This document shows positions 62,631 to 64,000 of a DNA stretch of 64,000 nt, in pieces. Source of the stretch: Utricularia gibba (taxonomy: Eukaryota > Plantae > Magnoliophyta); assembly GCA_002189035.1 (NCBI GenBank), contig NEEC01000021.1, positions 1,178,001-1,242,000 of the forward strand. Reading direction: 5' to 3'. Each line of letters begins with the position of its first letter. Position 1 is the stretch's first letter. The notes under the pieces are model-generated. The model searched no databases. It was not told the origin of the DNA and worked only from the letters and a program-made list of their open reading frames with translations. Made by a program: the position numbers and the translations under genes.

Positions 62631-64000
62631 ATGTTTGGTTTCAGATTTCTAGCGCTTCTTCTTCTATTGTCTGGGGCAATAGAGGCGGCTGGAAATGGTT
62701 ATACTAAAGCTGATTTCCCGCCGGGATTCGTTTTTGGGTCGGGAACTTCGGCTTATCAGGTCAGGTTTTCTATCTCACTGCTGTGTCTATTTCCAGGAAC
62801 AAAAACTGATGTGGGTTTTTCTTTCTTTTAGTATGAAGGGGCTGCGTTCGATTATGGGCGGAATCCCAGCATCTGGGACACTTTTGTTCACTCAGGTTTC
62901 TTCTTTCTTTCCTCTGCTCTGCCTATGCTGCGAATTGGCGGGGTGAGCCGAAAATTAAACCTTGTTCATTTGTTGATATCCTGGAGGAGATAGATATGAT
63001 AATGGGGATGTTGCGTGCGATGGATATCACAAGTTCAAGGTGCAAATATGTAGTATATTTTACGTTTAAAGCAAATGTTGTGCTTATGATGACAATTTCT
63101 AAATAAGGAGTTGTCATTTATAATTCATTTTCTTCAGGATGATATAAATTTGATGTCTGAGATGGGGCTTGAAGCTTTTAGATTCTCCATATCATGGTCA
63201 AGACTGATTCCAAGTATACCATGACCCCTTTATCACGGTTTAGACTAGAAACTGATTTTCTCCCTTTTATTTATTACGTGATCCTATGGTTTACTTTTCA
63301 GATGGGAGAGGAATGGTGAATCCACTTGGACTGCAATACTACAACAATTTCATTGACGAGCTTTTAAGCCATGGTAAGTACCAGTGACAAACATTCTTCA
63401 CAATTTCTGGCCTTGGCCACAAGTTTATCTCATGTTCATCTCCTCGGGTAAAACTCCAGATATTGAACCTCATGTTTCACTGAATCACTATGATCTTCCC
63501 CAAGCACTTCAAGATGAGTACGGGGGATGGCTCGACAGAAGAATTGTGTACGAATCTCTTACCATTTTATAAATATCACCTGATTGGTTATGCTATTTCA
63601 TATGCAGTATCATCAACATCTGATGGAGTGATACACTCTCTGAAATCAGGAAGGATTTCACAGCTTATGCAGATGTATGCTTCAGGAAGTTTGGCAATAG
63701 GGTAAAGTTTTGGACAACTATCAATGAGGGAAATGTGTTCGCTATTGGAGGTTATAGTGCTGGAATAACTCCTCCTGGTCGTTGTTCTCCATCCTTGATA
63801 CCGGGTTGTGTTGGAAATGCATCCACTGAACCGTATATTGCTGGACACAATATGTTGTTAGCACATTCTGCAGTTTGGATGCTCTATCGGGATAAATTTA
63901 AGGTACAATGTTTTTTCCATACGGACTGTTGTATATCAGATGATTTCTCATGTGAGATGAAACTAATCTGGTCTGATTCACCCTGTTTTTCTATCTACAA
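62631..64000 (+). CDS. BGLU: GH1 beta-glucosidase, BGLU11-like (copy C), 3' end outside the window
   Basis: Signal peptide, [33 protein letters not shown]. Seven exons visible up to 63902. Confidence 0.92.

Overview
Gene-dense flowering-plant nuclear DNA with short introns and AT-rich spacers. It holds about 19 recognisable protein-coding genes: an LRR receptor kinase (5'-truncated), FQR1-type quinone reductase, TPR protein, UDP-xylose transporter, CLE peptide, remorin, GT90/DUF821 glycosyltransferase, PMT methyltransferase, SEUSS-like co-regulator, BAG co-chaperone, PGAP3/PER1, U2AF65, MAP65, NAD+ carrier, three GH1 beta-glucosidases (the last 3'-truncated), RPL22, a MAGL/CSE-like hydrolase and an LYR-motif protein. 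No rRNA, tRNA or CRISPR was found. Main observations: (1) at least eight inferred single-base deletions in G/C homopolymers break five otherwise intact genes, most likely a long-read assembly artefact; (2) two hAT-type non-autonomous elements with 8-bp target-site duplications; (3) a triplicated intron/exon module in the MAP65 5' leader; (4) a diversifying IHENG-type beta-glucosidase set with a GC donor, a duplicated pseudo-exon and a triplicated promoter unit; (5) a strong stem-loop just after the UXT stop codon. I did not find a convincingly new biological system. Exon boundaries were read by eye, and family assignments come from remembered motifs, not database searches.
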